A DNA stretch of 49,014 bases, the filler included, from Sphacelaria rigidula (Eukaryota), in NCBI GenBank assembly GCA_964200075.2. It is 3 parts of 3 records of this genome, joined end to end, with 100 filler letters (N's around TTAATTAATTAA, not from the genome) between each part and the next. Parts side by side here need not be neighbours in the genome. Positions count along the whole stretch, not along the records: positions 32,746 to 49,014 come from CAXNAA020001416.1; 2 more parts are not named here. One strand, written 5' to 3'. The position numbers were made by a program, and so were the translations under genes. The notes below the pieces were generated by a model. That model did not search any database. It was not told the origin of the DNA and saw nothing but the letters and a program-made list of their open reading frames with translations. Positions within the stretch are counted from its first letter, which is position 1; every line of letters starts with the position of its first letter. This document shows positions 35,422 through 47,480 of the stretch, in pieces.

Positions 35422-37414
35422 TCCACGTTATCATCGTTGACATCTGGGGCGAAGCAGCCGTACCTCAAGAATGGAAGGATGCCACCATCATCGTGCTCCA
35501 CAATAAAGGTGATCAGACGGAATGCGGGAACTACAGAGGAGTTTCACTCATGTCACATGCTGGCAAGGTGCTCCTCAAGATAATCGCCCGCCGCCTAAGC
35601 ACCTACTGCGAGGGCAATGGAATTCTGCCTGAAGAGCAGTGCGGATTCTACCCCGGACGTTCAGCCATCGACATGATATTCACCGTCCGACGACTCCAGA
35701 AATTTGGCCGGAGACGACAGATCCCGCTCTACATGTGTTTCGTGGACCTCACGAAAGCATGCGATTCTGTCGACCGCCCATTGCTGTGGAAAGTTCTGGA
35801 ACGCTATGGCATCCCACCCATCATGCTCTCGATCATCCGCCAATTCCACGATGGCATGCAAGCTCGGGTGCGCACAATCGACGGGGAATACTCGGAATAG
35901 TTCGACATCGACCAGGGTCCCCGACAGGGATGCGTCCTAGCACCACTGCTGTTCAACATCTTCTCCACGGCAGTACTCACGGTGGCCCTGGCAGTCTTCC
36001 GCGATGACCCCGACATCTCGGGCGACCTGGTGCGAGTCCGAAAGCGCGAAAAAGGAGATTTCCATCCGGAATGTGCTGTAGCATGGGTCGAGCCAGATGT
36101 GGCCACAGCAATAGCGGCGGAAGAGGAATGGTCCCTGTGGAGTATGCTGTACGCCGATGACGCCTGTATCGTCTCGCGGACATCATCGAGCCTCGAGAAG
36201 ATGATGACTGTGATTGTGACGATCAGCGGCGAGTTCGGGTTGACCGTGTCGGAAGCAAAGACGACTACCATGCGACAACACTCACAGGCGGGGCACCTCG
36301 GCATCAACGCGGCTGGCCAGGTATACAGACAATCATGCCACTACAGTATACTGCGCACGGCCCACCATGCGTTGCTCAGGCGCTGTCTTGGATAAGACAA
36401 GCGCACTCGCACAGACCACGTTCTGTCATACCAAGAGAACCTCGCGAGGACAGGGTGCAAAAGCATCGAGACGACGGTGAGGAAGAGGAGACTCTATTTT
36501 TCCGGTTTCGTCACGCGCATGTCACCCGGGCGGATACCGAAACACGTCGTGTTCGGTGAAATTATAACCGTAAAGGGGCAAGAAAGAGAGTTTAACGGCA
36601 GGCACAAGGACTGGATCCGCTGCCTAGACATGAAGGCGTTCGGTATCAAATGGCAGGGGTGGACTACCAGAGCCTTGAATGCAGTAGAGTGGCACAGCTG
36701 TGTTGAACAGGGAGCAGAAAGGTTTATGGCGGACTGGTGCAAGAGGATGGCGCAGAGGCAGCGATACGGCACGCGAAAGCTGCAGGCCAAGATGCACCGA
36801 CGGCACCTGGGACCGATAGTACCAACAGCAACTCATCATAGCCTACGCCAGCTACGCAGAGCATTGTGTTTGGTCCCCATCTCTGCTTTGTTCATCTTTT
36901 GTTCCTGGTGGTTTTTTCTTCTTCTTCTTCTTCTTCTTCTTCTTCTTCTTCTTCTTCTTCTTCTTCTTTTTTGTTTCGTCTGTGCTCCCCCCCCTCCGCC
37001 GCCGCCGGAACGAGCCTGGCTCTGTCCTCTTGTCTGTTGTATTCCTTTTTTTACGTATTATTATTTTCTTTCATTTTTCTTTCATTTTTTTCATGTCTCT
37101 GCTTTCTTGTTTTTTTCTGATCACGAGCTGGAGTGTTGCAATCAGCTACGTAATGCGCGATCATAATCTTTTTTGTTGTTGTTCGTGCTTGTGTTTGTGT
37201 TTGTGTGTGTTTGTCGTTATTTTGTTGTTATTGCTGGTGTTGTTTGTTCTTGTTGTTGTTGGTGGTGTTTTTTCTTGTCATCGTTGCCCCCTTTCTTTCC
37301 TTTCTGAGGCCGTTGCTTCTGTCGTTTTCTGTTCTATTTTTGCTGCTCCTGACCACGAGCTGGATTGTTGCAATCAGCTAATGTGAGATAATCAATCAAT
37401 CAATCAATCAATCA
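35422..37414 (+). mobile_element. 5'-truncated RTE-clade LINE with 3' UTR and (CAAT)n tail
   Basis: [11 protein letters not shown]...NYRGVSL, EEQCGF, FVDLTKA.D, RQGCVLAPLLFNIF, MLYADD; tail 37388-37414; candidate TSD ATAGT (35417-35421, 37415-37419). Confidence 0.93.
36918..36968. repeat. (CTT)n microsatellite in the LINE 3' UTR
   Basis: ~16 perfect CTT units; explains the poly-L and poly-S ORFs. Confidence 0.95.
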
Positions 37415-37920
37415 ATAGTACTACGGGTCTGTTGATCCCCTGACGAAGGAAAAAGAAATGGTAAGGGTGCGTGTGTTTTGTTTTTTCCCAAAGCTTGTCG
37501 AAGCAGGGGGGGCACAGCATGCTGTACCGTATGTGTGTTGAGTGCGATTCGCGCTTTCCCTACTTGCGTGCTACGCGTTTTGGGGATGTGTACAGCATGC
37601 TCTTGCCATCAGAACCGTCAAATACCATGAGGAATTTATCGGAAAAATTATTGTGAGTGCAATGCAGTTTAACTCCGACATGCAGCAGGTCCTGTACGGT
37701 ACCATGGTCTGTACTGTAGAGTGACTGACGGTTATGGATGTTTGTGCTTCCTGCTTTGGACAGTTCGTGTGAACCGCAGTGCTGTTCGAGATGCATTTGC
37801 CGTTTCCCGACCTTCCTGTTGTGTCTCATAGGTGTGCAGTAATCCATACAAGAAGACTGTTGCATATTTTGTCTTCTCATTAGGCTGAGTCGTGAGAACG
37901 AGACATCATAAATTTGCGCA

Positions 37921-38045
37921 TGATGTCAAATATACCATACTTTGCGCAGAAATTTCCTGTTCGCCATATTGAGAGTACGATGATGTCAAATATACCATTG
38001 TTTGCGGAGAAATTACTTGCTCATCATGTCGAGAGTACGATGATG
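37921..38045. repeat. 60-bp tandem repeat, two diverged copies
   Basis: tgatgtcaaatataccat...gagagtacga at 37921 and 37981. Confidence 0.9.
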
Positions 38046-41000
38046 CCCGTGTAGGTATTGCCCAGATGATGAACTGGACACTAGGCAGAATGAGGAGTGA
38101 TTGTTTGCTGAGTTAGGTCAGTGCATGATTGAGAAAGATGCGATGCGAATGGCGGCTGATACTTCACCAAACGTTGTTTCGTGTTCCCTCGAGCTTGCAC
38201 GTTTCATGATAAACATGTGTGATGCAGGTGCAACCCTTGGAGATGGGATGTGTACACGTGGTGTGGTGATTTTTGAATGAAGGGTGACCAACGATCAAGC
38301 CAAACCCCGGACTGCGCGACGCTCCCCCTTGCAATTAATGATGTAGGAAGGAAGAGATGGAGCATGTTCATGCAGTAGCCCCTTTTCGCATCATGTTCGT
38401 GGAGGATGAGATGGAAGCGAAGAAATGGGGGGGATAGGCTGTTGATGCGAGTTCGTTTAAGACGTTGGGTCGCTGCTCTAACTGTCGTTGTGAGAGATGG
38501 GACAGATACAAGTAGGTTGCACTGTGCTTGTTTTGATTTTTGGCTCTCAATATTTTTATATGAGTGAGCCAATGACGAGTAGTTTGGCTCTGGAAGCCTG
38601 GTATCATGAGCACTGGAGTGCGTTTCAGCTGTTCTCGCCGTGGTTTTCGCGCGATCGTTCAGGCGGATTTATGTTTCGAAAAGTTTATGTTCCGAGATAA
38701 TGGCGTGTAGGACGTCGAAAGTGCCGATGTGCCTGTACTGGTTGACCTGAGACGCTTGAGGTCCTGTTCACGTCATGCAAGTTTGCGCGTGTTGGACATG
38801 AACCACCCACGCTGTTTTTAGAGGCATGTGCTTTTGGTAGGATGTTTTCAACATGGCGTGCATTTGCCTGGGCCGGCGTTGAACACAGGCTGTAGTATTT
38901 GATTACACAAAAAAAACATCGGGGGCATGTGGGATTCGCTCTGTTTTCCTTTTGAGGATAAGATTTTTTGTGTTGAAAAAGTGTTGATCGGAATCTGGGT
39001 GTACGAATGACTTATTTTGAACTTGCGGAGAGGTAAGTCTGATGTAGGACGCAATTTTCATGCCCATATATTTTTATTGTGGCGCCTGTGCTTACTATGC
39101 GTCGTCTATACCCGTGATGAAACGGGGGTGGGGATGAGCACTGGGATGCATTTTCCCACGGCTAGACGCTGAAAGTACGAGTGAGTAGGGTCTGTGGTTT
39201 TCAAACTGGGGATGTTGGCAATAGTACGGTGGGACATCGAGCCTTTCCTCCTGGGCCTGCTTCATGCCGGATTGGGGAGGGCAAGTTCTTGAGGATAACC
39301 ACAACCGCGAAATTGGTGATGTTGGGTACTCCAAGCGCAGCTGCAGTATTCCAGAGGTAGTATTGTTTGCAGAATTTTGTTCCTCCGGTAGGAAAATTCA
39401 TTCCCCGGATCATGAGGTGTAATTTCGCTTCATATTCTGTAGTAGCAGACCAGTTAGCTGCAGTTTAGGCAGCGAACTAGGATGATCAATTTTCCGATGT
39501 CGATTTGAAAGCGACGAGGTATTTTCGTTTTTGATCGTGGCATTGGCGGTAAACTGATATGCAGGTTCTGCTGATCTATATACAGCTTGTTGAGATCATG
39601 TGACGTACGCTTCGAGGATTCTTGAAAAACGATGATTGCTGGATTGTTGAACCTACAAAATTCAGGTCTCCTCAGTGAATAATATCTATTTGGGGGGGGC
39701 TACTAGTGCGTGCAAGTAGTTCGAGCTGAAATGGCTATGAAGGTTTCTGAGTTCACGAGATTTGTACATTTTGAGCAGTGCAGATTTTGCTGAAGTGTGT
39801 CATGCGCGAGTGTTGAATGGGTACTGTGCTTGATTGAAAGCGGGAAGTGGAGAGGAATTCGAGAAGTGTGTAGGGTCATCTGACAAAGTCGATGCGAAAA
39901 AAAACTGTGACGTAGGCCCGTAGTTTGTAGACGTATGTATGCGGGGCGTGATGTAGCAAACACGTTGAGGTATCATTGCGCATATGTTTTCATCTGCTGT
40001 AGCCTTGTTTCACTGGCAAGTCATGAGTGACTTTGGATTATTTCAGTTTTCAGTTTGGAATTGTCCCATATAAGTCGAGCTTCAAGCTGAGTAATTTTTG
40101 GACTGAGAATCTGCACAACACTGGTGTTATTTCCCCGAAATTTGTCTGTTTTTGCATGTCATCCGAATGGAAATCCGTATTCATGAACGGTTGGAAGGAC
40201 TACCGGTTTCACCTTGGTTGGAAGCTGGTAGTGAAGTAGCTGCCAAAAGAGAGATAGTCTCGAGTGTAGTAATTAATAATGCTTCAATTCTACTGCTGGG
40301 ATTCGTGTTTTTCCCTCGCAGTGACGACCCGAAGGATTGAAGTTCAAAGTAGGCAGAGGAGCACCCTTCGAGAGGTCGTGCTCTTGTCGGCTACGGTATA
40401 TGCGTAAGATATTACAGAGTAGGGAGGGACGTGTCCTTCGGAAGATTTTTTTTCTTGTTTCTTTTGTGTTCCAAGCAGTACCGGGCGCGTTACTGTTTGT
40501 GATTGGGAGAGAGGTGATGCTCCCATTCGACATTCGAATGTTACCTAACGGTGACTGCTTGGTACAATACCCGTTCCCACGTTCTCGATTGGATACTGAG
40601 TGAAGCAATCTATATTTGCTGAGAGTTCTGAGAGTTGATCAAAGAGAACTACCAGTTGACGTAGAAAATGCCCAAGGGAGGGCATTCGTAAATTGGTCAA
40701 TTCTGCATCCGCAGATATCTTTCGGAGTATCGCAAGATATGTTTCTTTGGAAGTCTCCGTAGAAAGGAACGTTATCCAGAACAAGACTGAGAATATCCCG
40801 CGGGACATTTGTTTGGCCTGCGGGAGATTGGCTTGACGTGTGGTTCTCGGCGTTATAGGTGGGAGCTGTTGATCCCCTCGAGGATCGCTCTCTTTGTTCT
40901 CTACCTTTACGCCATCATTCCCGGGCCATGAGCCCTAAATAGTGAGATATGAGTTGCCGAGATCATCATCGATCACCGAACAAGATACACTGCAGTAGTT

Positions 41001-41324
41001 GTTAATCGTGTGATTTCACTCGTGGTAAATGTAAGATCCAGGATACTATAACGAGACTATCGGAAGAAAATGTGGCGGATTAACCGATGAAAAACAGTAC
41101 CGGTGATTTCCAGGAATGGTTCTGTAGAACGACGGTTCGGATCGATTCTCGAAATGTTCTTGACAGTGTTCGTTGTTCTCACTTTTGTTCTCGAATGATG
41201 CGGAAACGACGGGGAGTTATTTTGTGCTATACGGTACGTTTCTGCGGGATGAAATAGGAGATATTTGCCGTAGCTCGAGAAGGATTCTCGAGGATGATGC
41301 ACCTCCGCATCTCTAGCCCCACCG

Positions 41325-41508
41325 TGTTCAGTGTGTGTGTGCTTTCCTACCCATGAGCGGTTTGATATAAACGAGACAATAAAATACGACTATACACTTC
41401 TGCTTCTGTGACTTCATCTTCGACAGCGGACACTGTGTGAGATTACCTTCTACGTTTTTGTTTGAGCAGTGAGTGCTCAAGCCACATAACTCCAGACTCT
41501 ACCGAACA
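41325..41508 (-). repeat. Putative 184-bp 5' LTR of element C
   Basis: TGTTCAG...CCGAACA terminal inverted repeat; followed on the minus strand by cggtggggctagag (PBS-like if the first base was T). Confidence 0.55.
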
Positions 41509-43594
41509 GTAGTCGGGTATGCTCCGTTTATTTTTTGTTGGCGAAAACTTGAGCATCTTTTTTCATGGTAGGAATCAGCGACGTAACTGCATCGTAGGGT
41601 GAGCAACCGACTTGCGTGGACGCTCGTGGGCAGCACAGGCAGTACAAAGCTGAGCGTTGTCCAAGTCCTTTTCACGTTTCATTGCAAACAGAGATGACAG
41701 ATAATCCTGCGCTGTCTGCACTGTACGTTGCCCGCTACTCTTTCACATCCTACTGTACGAAACACAAGCACACGCTCACAGGACACACTTCAGGCAAACG
41801 GTGGAGACAGTACAGATTATCTATACTGTACACAGCCGACCATGTACCGCTCCATGAATTTCACCGTAGTTTTCCGATCGAAAGCTTAAAAAGTCGCGTA
41901 TCTAACCCGAGAAAAAAAGCGCGAATTAATTCCACCGGTGTGCTGGGCACGTTCTCGGCGAAGAGAGTAACGCATACCTATATTTCGATACCTGAAATAC
42001 GAGGGGATACGAAAAAGAGGAAGACATGAAAGCGGGGAGACGCAAGGACAATTGAGTATATGTACAATATTGCAATTCAATATTGACGAATATAACGCAC
42101 TGAAAGGTACAGTGTGTCGAAAAACACGTCTCAAGGCAGTACAGCTCGGTGCAGGTACCGCAGCAAACGTACCACTGTACTGGGGTCCCGCTACACCTGT
42201 GTCGTATAGTCTACAGTCTGCCGTATAGTGCAGTAGAGTACAGCACCGTAAGCAAAGGGTGTGTGATGCTGTGCAATCTGCTGCGCGTAAGGGCAACACA
42301 GCTGCCTGCTTCACGCTTAGTCACGCAACACAGCTAAGATGACAAGAATTGCGCAACTGGAATACGCAATGCTACTTCATGTAACAATGGCTGCAGCACT
42401 GCATACATAGCTAAGATAAGTAATTTTATGGTTCGAACAACCGCCGCGGGTGACGATGTGTAACGCCCACTGTGATGAGTACTCCACCGTCAATTGCTTG
42501 AGGAATAAGACCCCGCCCCACCAAGATACGCGAATGCGTCTTAATAATGTAACTTCATCACGACAGCTTTTGGTAGTTCACACAGTACACCACTAGGCAA
42601 ACGACGCACATGGCTCTACGCAAAGCAATTCATTAAACTCGGCATCGTTGACGACGAAAATAAGTACTCTTACGCAGAGCTGAAGCATCAGTTCTTGTCG
42701 ATAACGGATCATTATACACACCTCCACGAGATATATCATCTACATATACGATATACCTCTACTCCGAGCTGGGTGACGAGCTCACGCGCCCCTAGCGTTT
42801 AATCGGCTGTTGACGTCGGGGGAGTCGAAGGTGATGACGTAGGCTGACACAGGGGAGATCTTACTCGCTATGTGCCCACTCTTCGAAACGTTCGCGATCT
42901 CGCACTCTTGGGTTTGAGCTGGCCGCTGGAAGTGCCACGCTTGCTGGACTCTTTTTGACCCCTCTTTTTCGTCTATATCGATGAGTCCCTGTTCGTGCCG
43001 GCTTCTCCGCCCTGCTGGCGACCCTATCTTCTTCTCTTCTCCACAATGTTTATCTTCTTCTCTTCCTCATAATGCACCAAATTCGTTGTTTTTGTATTTT
43101 CGGACTGAGTAACGCCCAACCTGTTCAACAAGCGCGAGCACCCCGGACACCATAAATGTTGCCCCCATTGTTTTCCCCCCACGGTAGCAGTGAGGATAAT
43201 GCAGTGCTCAGATCACACCGTCTGTTTCGGATTGGTTTCAGAGGATTCCCCACCCCAGACACAACGGCATCACCCACTGAGTAGCTGGCATATGTTCGAC
43301 AAAGAGGGACCATTTACAAGAAGCAGGAAACCTGTCAAAGGTGGAGAACTCATGGATGCAGACAAGGCCAGCAGCGACGATGATGAGAACAGCGGCATCA
43401 CATCCACTGGGAAACTCCATGCAAGACAGTACGTAGGGCCTTAGAGTTGATAAGTATGATCCGTGATCATGCAAAAACTTACCCTACACGTCAATAGTAT
43501 TGAGGAAGTGTTGACGGTCCAACGTAGAAACACGTTTTATTTCCTAAATACTCCGGAGTAAAAGTTGTTAACGGCATAAAATATACACTTTTCA

Positions 43595-43709
43595 TCCTCT
43601 TGGAACCTATTGACAGTTGTTGTTATGAACCGGCATCATCTTCACTCATTTTTACGTCAAAATGATGCCGATTAACAACAACAAAAGGCGTCAACAGGTT
43701 CCAAAAGGG
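43595..43709. mobile_element. piggyBac-like MITE (115 bp)
   Basis: tcctcttggaacctattgac / gtcaacaggttccaaaaggg; flanks TTCA and TTAA; nearly fully palindromic. Confidence 0.7.
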
Positions 43710-44719
43710 TTAAGCACACTGGGGCTCTAGCATAAGGATGACTGATCTGATACAAGCATTCGTTTTGTGTCATTTGTGGGGAACGGGTGTTACGCTATTA
43801 TTGCAATATTTCCAATACCGGTAGTAACCGACACGGTTGATGCGAGAACACGCACGATTAAACGAAGTAAACACGATCGACTCTGTGAAAACGGATGCCA
43901 AATGACCATCGTTGCACCTGGACACGAGTATCACATGGCCATATTTGAACGAGGCGGGAAAAGTGAAAATTCTCACGTGACCATTTCTGAACCGAACGGC
44001 ATGGTCACATGATCATCCTTGAACCGGAGGGCAAGGTTGTGTATCTTATACGACTACCTTCGAACCGGTCAACTTTGTCGCGTGGCCGTCTTTGAACCGG
44101 GGAGGGGGAAGCATAAATGTCTCGCATGTACATCCTTGAACATTTCAGGAACCTAGCCACGTTAAAAAAACACGTGTAACGCTGATCATGTGAGAGGTCC
44201 ACACTTTACCATACTTTGGTGGCTGTAGTGGCTCACCTAACACCAGCGGCGCTGCTGCCGCTTGAGCCATGTCGTCTATGCTTCAAACACTTCATGGAGA
44301 TACTCTTGCCCGACTTGTGCGTCCTCCGGCTCACCGAGCCTTCTCCCAATGCTGTGCGCTTCAAGCTGGTCTCCTCCTGTCTGCAGGCTGAAATGGCCCT
44401 TACCTGCAGCCCAATCTCTCCTCAGCCAAAAGTCCTCTAACAAAGTGCCGGAAGAATAATATCTAGATTCGTAGGCTCTGCCAGAGGATCTGAACAAGAG
44501 GACTATCCACGAGGGACTCCTCCAGTAGTACTGGCCTCGTGCTCAACAAGTCCTTTATTCTCACTTGTGATTATCACGGAGCAATCCTCTACAGACCACA
44601 TCAAGAGCTAAATAGCAAGGGGCCACGCAGATAAGGGTCATCAATCCAGGATCCCCCGTCCCCTGCCACTGCTCCAATCATGCATGCGATCATACTAAAA
44701 CCTGCGGCTTGGTATCGTT

Positions 44720-45600
44720 TGGCTATAGGGCACAGAACGGTAAAATGGTCAGTGGTTCGAAGGGTAAGAGAGGAGTGCTATTAGAGCACTACCGTAAACT
44801 AGGAACACCAAAAACTGACACAAAGTTCGACACGGAAGTCGAGAAAGAAACCAATACGTGGATAGAGGCCGATGTAGAGGGATCAAAACGGGAGGATAGT
44901 GACTCGAAAGAATTGCAGAGAAAATTTACGAGATATGAAGTAAAGGAGTGTGTAGCTAAACTCAAGAATGGGAAGGCAGCAGGGGCAGACGAAACAGTAA
45001 ATGGATTTCTCAAGTACGGAGGAGAGGGAGTGATTACCATAATTGTTATGCTGTTCAGCTGGATCTGGGAAATGAGTACACACCCGAGAGGTGGAGAGAA
45101 GGAGCAGTAGTAAACATTTTGCAAAAAGGAGAGAAGGCTTACCCAGAATCTTACACAGGAGCACGGTAGGGAAAACATTAAGTAAGATTATGAACGATAG
45201 AGTAGGAAGGATGCTGGAAAAGGAAGAAAAAATCAGCGAGGAGCAAGCAGGTTTTAGACCAAACCGCATTTGCGTAGACCCTGTGTACACACTAGGTAAG
45301 ATAATCCAGGTAGGAAAGACGCCGGGCTGATAACCTACATTTTCTTTCTGGAGGTACAAAAGGCTTATGACACTGTATGGAGAAATGAGCTGTGAAAAAG
45401 TTGTAGGAAAGTGGGATCAGGGGAAACATGCGGAGAATGGTGAAGATGACAGAATTTTCCAACATTTCTATGATGCTAGAGGGGGAACTGTCAAAACAAG
45501 TCGATATTTTACAAGGAGTTGCACAACGATATACGTCATCACCCACGTTATTCAAGCTATTTATTAATGGCCTGATGATAGCAATTGGAACAGCAGAATT
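44720..45600 (+). mobile_element. Degenerate non-LTR retrotransposon RT fragment (different family from the RTE copies)
   Basis: EVKECVAKLKNGKAAGAD, SEEQAGFRPNR, FLEVQKAYDTVWR, QGVAQ...SPTLFKLFIN; frameshifts. Confidence 0.88.
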
Positions 45601-45963
45601 GAAGGAGGTGTTCCGGCATGCACAGCGCTCGTCTTTCACCTCACCCATCACATTGTCCTGAACTCCGTAAGCATGCTGTTTATTCGCCCCCACGATCCAT
45701 CATGGCCCTGCCACGTGCTAACGAGTTTCGACCTTCATATTATTGTGCACCACACTCGACAATGCATAAGACGCATGCTTGCCCAACGGAAAAAGCAATC
45801 TCTCGCGCCCATCATCATAAGTATGATTCAAGAACGTGTCACACACAATGTTCAGGAAGCCTAGGCATGAGGTCAGAAACTGCTGGCTCCTCAAGAACGT
45901 TCTAGCCTGCCTGACGCGCGTTCTCTTCCTGCACCTCACGAATATAGTCCTCATAATGCCGCC

Positions 45964-46045
45964 GGTCGCCCCGGTGGCTCAGTTGGTAACTTCCAAACCT
46001 TCTGACGGTTGGGTCATGGGTTCAAATCTCTGAGCGATCTGGAAT
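45964..46045 (+). mobile_element. tRNA-derived SINE head (body may extend to ~46490)
   Basis: Pol III A box TGGCTCAGTTGG (45975-45986) and B box GGTTCAAATC (46019-46028); no intact cloverleaf or CCA end. Confidence 0.65.
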
Positions 46046-47160
46046 TTTTTCTGGTACAGTGCCGAACGGTGGAGAGCGACTATGTCATGGGTACAAAAAC
46101 TTTCGACGTAATGTTCGACGAGGGAAAGGTACTGCTGAACCCTTCTTGCGATATAAAATAAAAGGCAAGCACCGCAGAAGGAAGCTGGAGAACGAAAACA
46201 AGCAAAAAAAAACTCCTGTGTTGGCCTTCCTCCTGTGTGAGCCCGGCTGGTGCGCCCACATATACCGAAAGGTGTAGACCGGCGTCCAGAATAGATAGGA
46301 CGACAACACACAACAACACTGCCGCAGAAACTAGGCAGATTTCTCACCAGAAAACTTGCGACCGTGATAGGGCATATCCAGAAATCGTACACGGACAGCG
46401 CGACCATCGATGGCGAGATATTGTTGCGGCGCACGGACAACATGACAATCAACTGCGACATAGTGCAACACGTCGTACACTCAATGTAAATAGTCGGTGA
46501 TCCAACAGTTCACGCAGCATGTTTGAAAAAGCTGGGGTTGCCTCCCAATTCATCACAGGAACAACAACTCTTCCCATACACTAAATTATGACGACAACGC
46601 CTCTTCCTCCCGCAATTTTCACCTCGTCTTGAAGTCGTTAGAGATCCTCCTGTTGAGCGCGACTGGCCAAGCATGGACTAACGCACTCTTACTAGCTCCA
46701 TCGGGCAGCAATTACACAGATTTGTCGATTGCCCCGCGCCCCCCGTGCCTGACGCACGAGCGATACATCAGCCTGCCCTGGCAGTGCCTCAGAACCTCCT
46801 TGGCTCTGCTTCTCCAGCCCCTTTCGACGTAGATGCGCCTTGATCTGGTCTTGTTTGATGCAAACTCATCAGGTCGTCAGGCTTCCCTATGTTGAAGTGT
46901 CAGCTGAAGTAATGGGCATCTATTATAGACCTCAATCACTCAAGATCAGACAGCTATGTGGACCCCTACTATCATGGGCACAAGATCTTCTGCGGCTTTG
47001 GTAACTTATGTATCAACCCTCAGCTGTTTATTGGATAGGAGAACAGGATCATAGCTTATCTTCCCCCGGGATAAACCAACCCCGCACACACTGTGGAGAT
47101 ACATTCTCACAGAGTCCATCGATCAAACCCGCAATTCACCAACCAGCGGTAAACGCTTGA

Positions 47161-47480
47161 CGGGTGGCCACTGGGGTCTGTAACCTGGCCATTTTGGGAC
47201 CTTATCCACATTTGGTAAGGTCCGCGGATTAGGTGGACAACTGAAGAGCATTCGCACAGCATGGACAGGATCGAAACAAAGCATGTTCCAGTCTACAGGG
47301 GAGTAAAGCATGTTCCAGTCTACATACAGGGGAGTCACCCCCCTATAGACTGGGACATGTTTTGTTTCGATCCTGTCCATGCTGTGCGAATGCTCTTCAG
47401 TTGTCTACCCAACCCGCGAACCTTGCCAAAGGTGGATAAAGTCCCAAAATGGCCAGGTTACAGACCCCAGTGACCACCCG
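47161..47480. mobile_element. 320-bp palindromic Tc1/mariner-like MITE
   Basis: ~140-bp arms cgggtggccactggggtctgtaacc / ggttacagaccccagtgaccacccg; TA on the right flank, GA on the left; central ~27-bp tandem duplication. Confidence 0.88.

Larger units (their letters stand above)
34620..41508 (-). mobile_element. Probable non-autonomous LTR element (element C) related to element A, with unidentified decayed internal ORFs
   Basis: LTR-like 41325-41508 with adjacent PBS-like site; 40820-40985 homologous to 14747-14910; no PR/RT/RH/IN motif recognised; interrupted by a LINE and a MITE; 3' limit uncertain. Confidence 0.55.

Noticed and set aside
36866..37386. Poly-Leu/Ser/Phe membrane-protein-like ORFs
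   Set aside because: Translation of microsatellites in the LINE 3' UTR
37921..38045. 60-bp repeats as a CRISPR-like array
   Set aside because: Only two head-to-tail copies, no unique spacers, no cas genes, eukaryotic context
42471..42562. 92-bp TGTGATGA...TCATCACG segment as a mini-LTR/TRIM
   Set aside because: No TSD, no second copy and no PBS/PPT support
44276..44700. Possible structured RNA (5S/U3-like) or copia RNase H remnant
   Set aside because: Resemblances too weak by eye; diagnostic motifs absent
45964..46040. Functional tRNA gene
   Set aside because: Acceptor and anticodon stems do not form properly; only the promoter boxes remain
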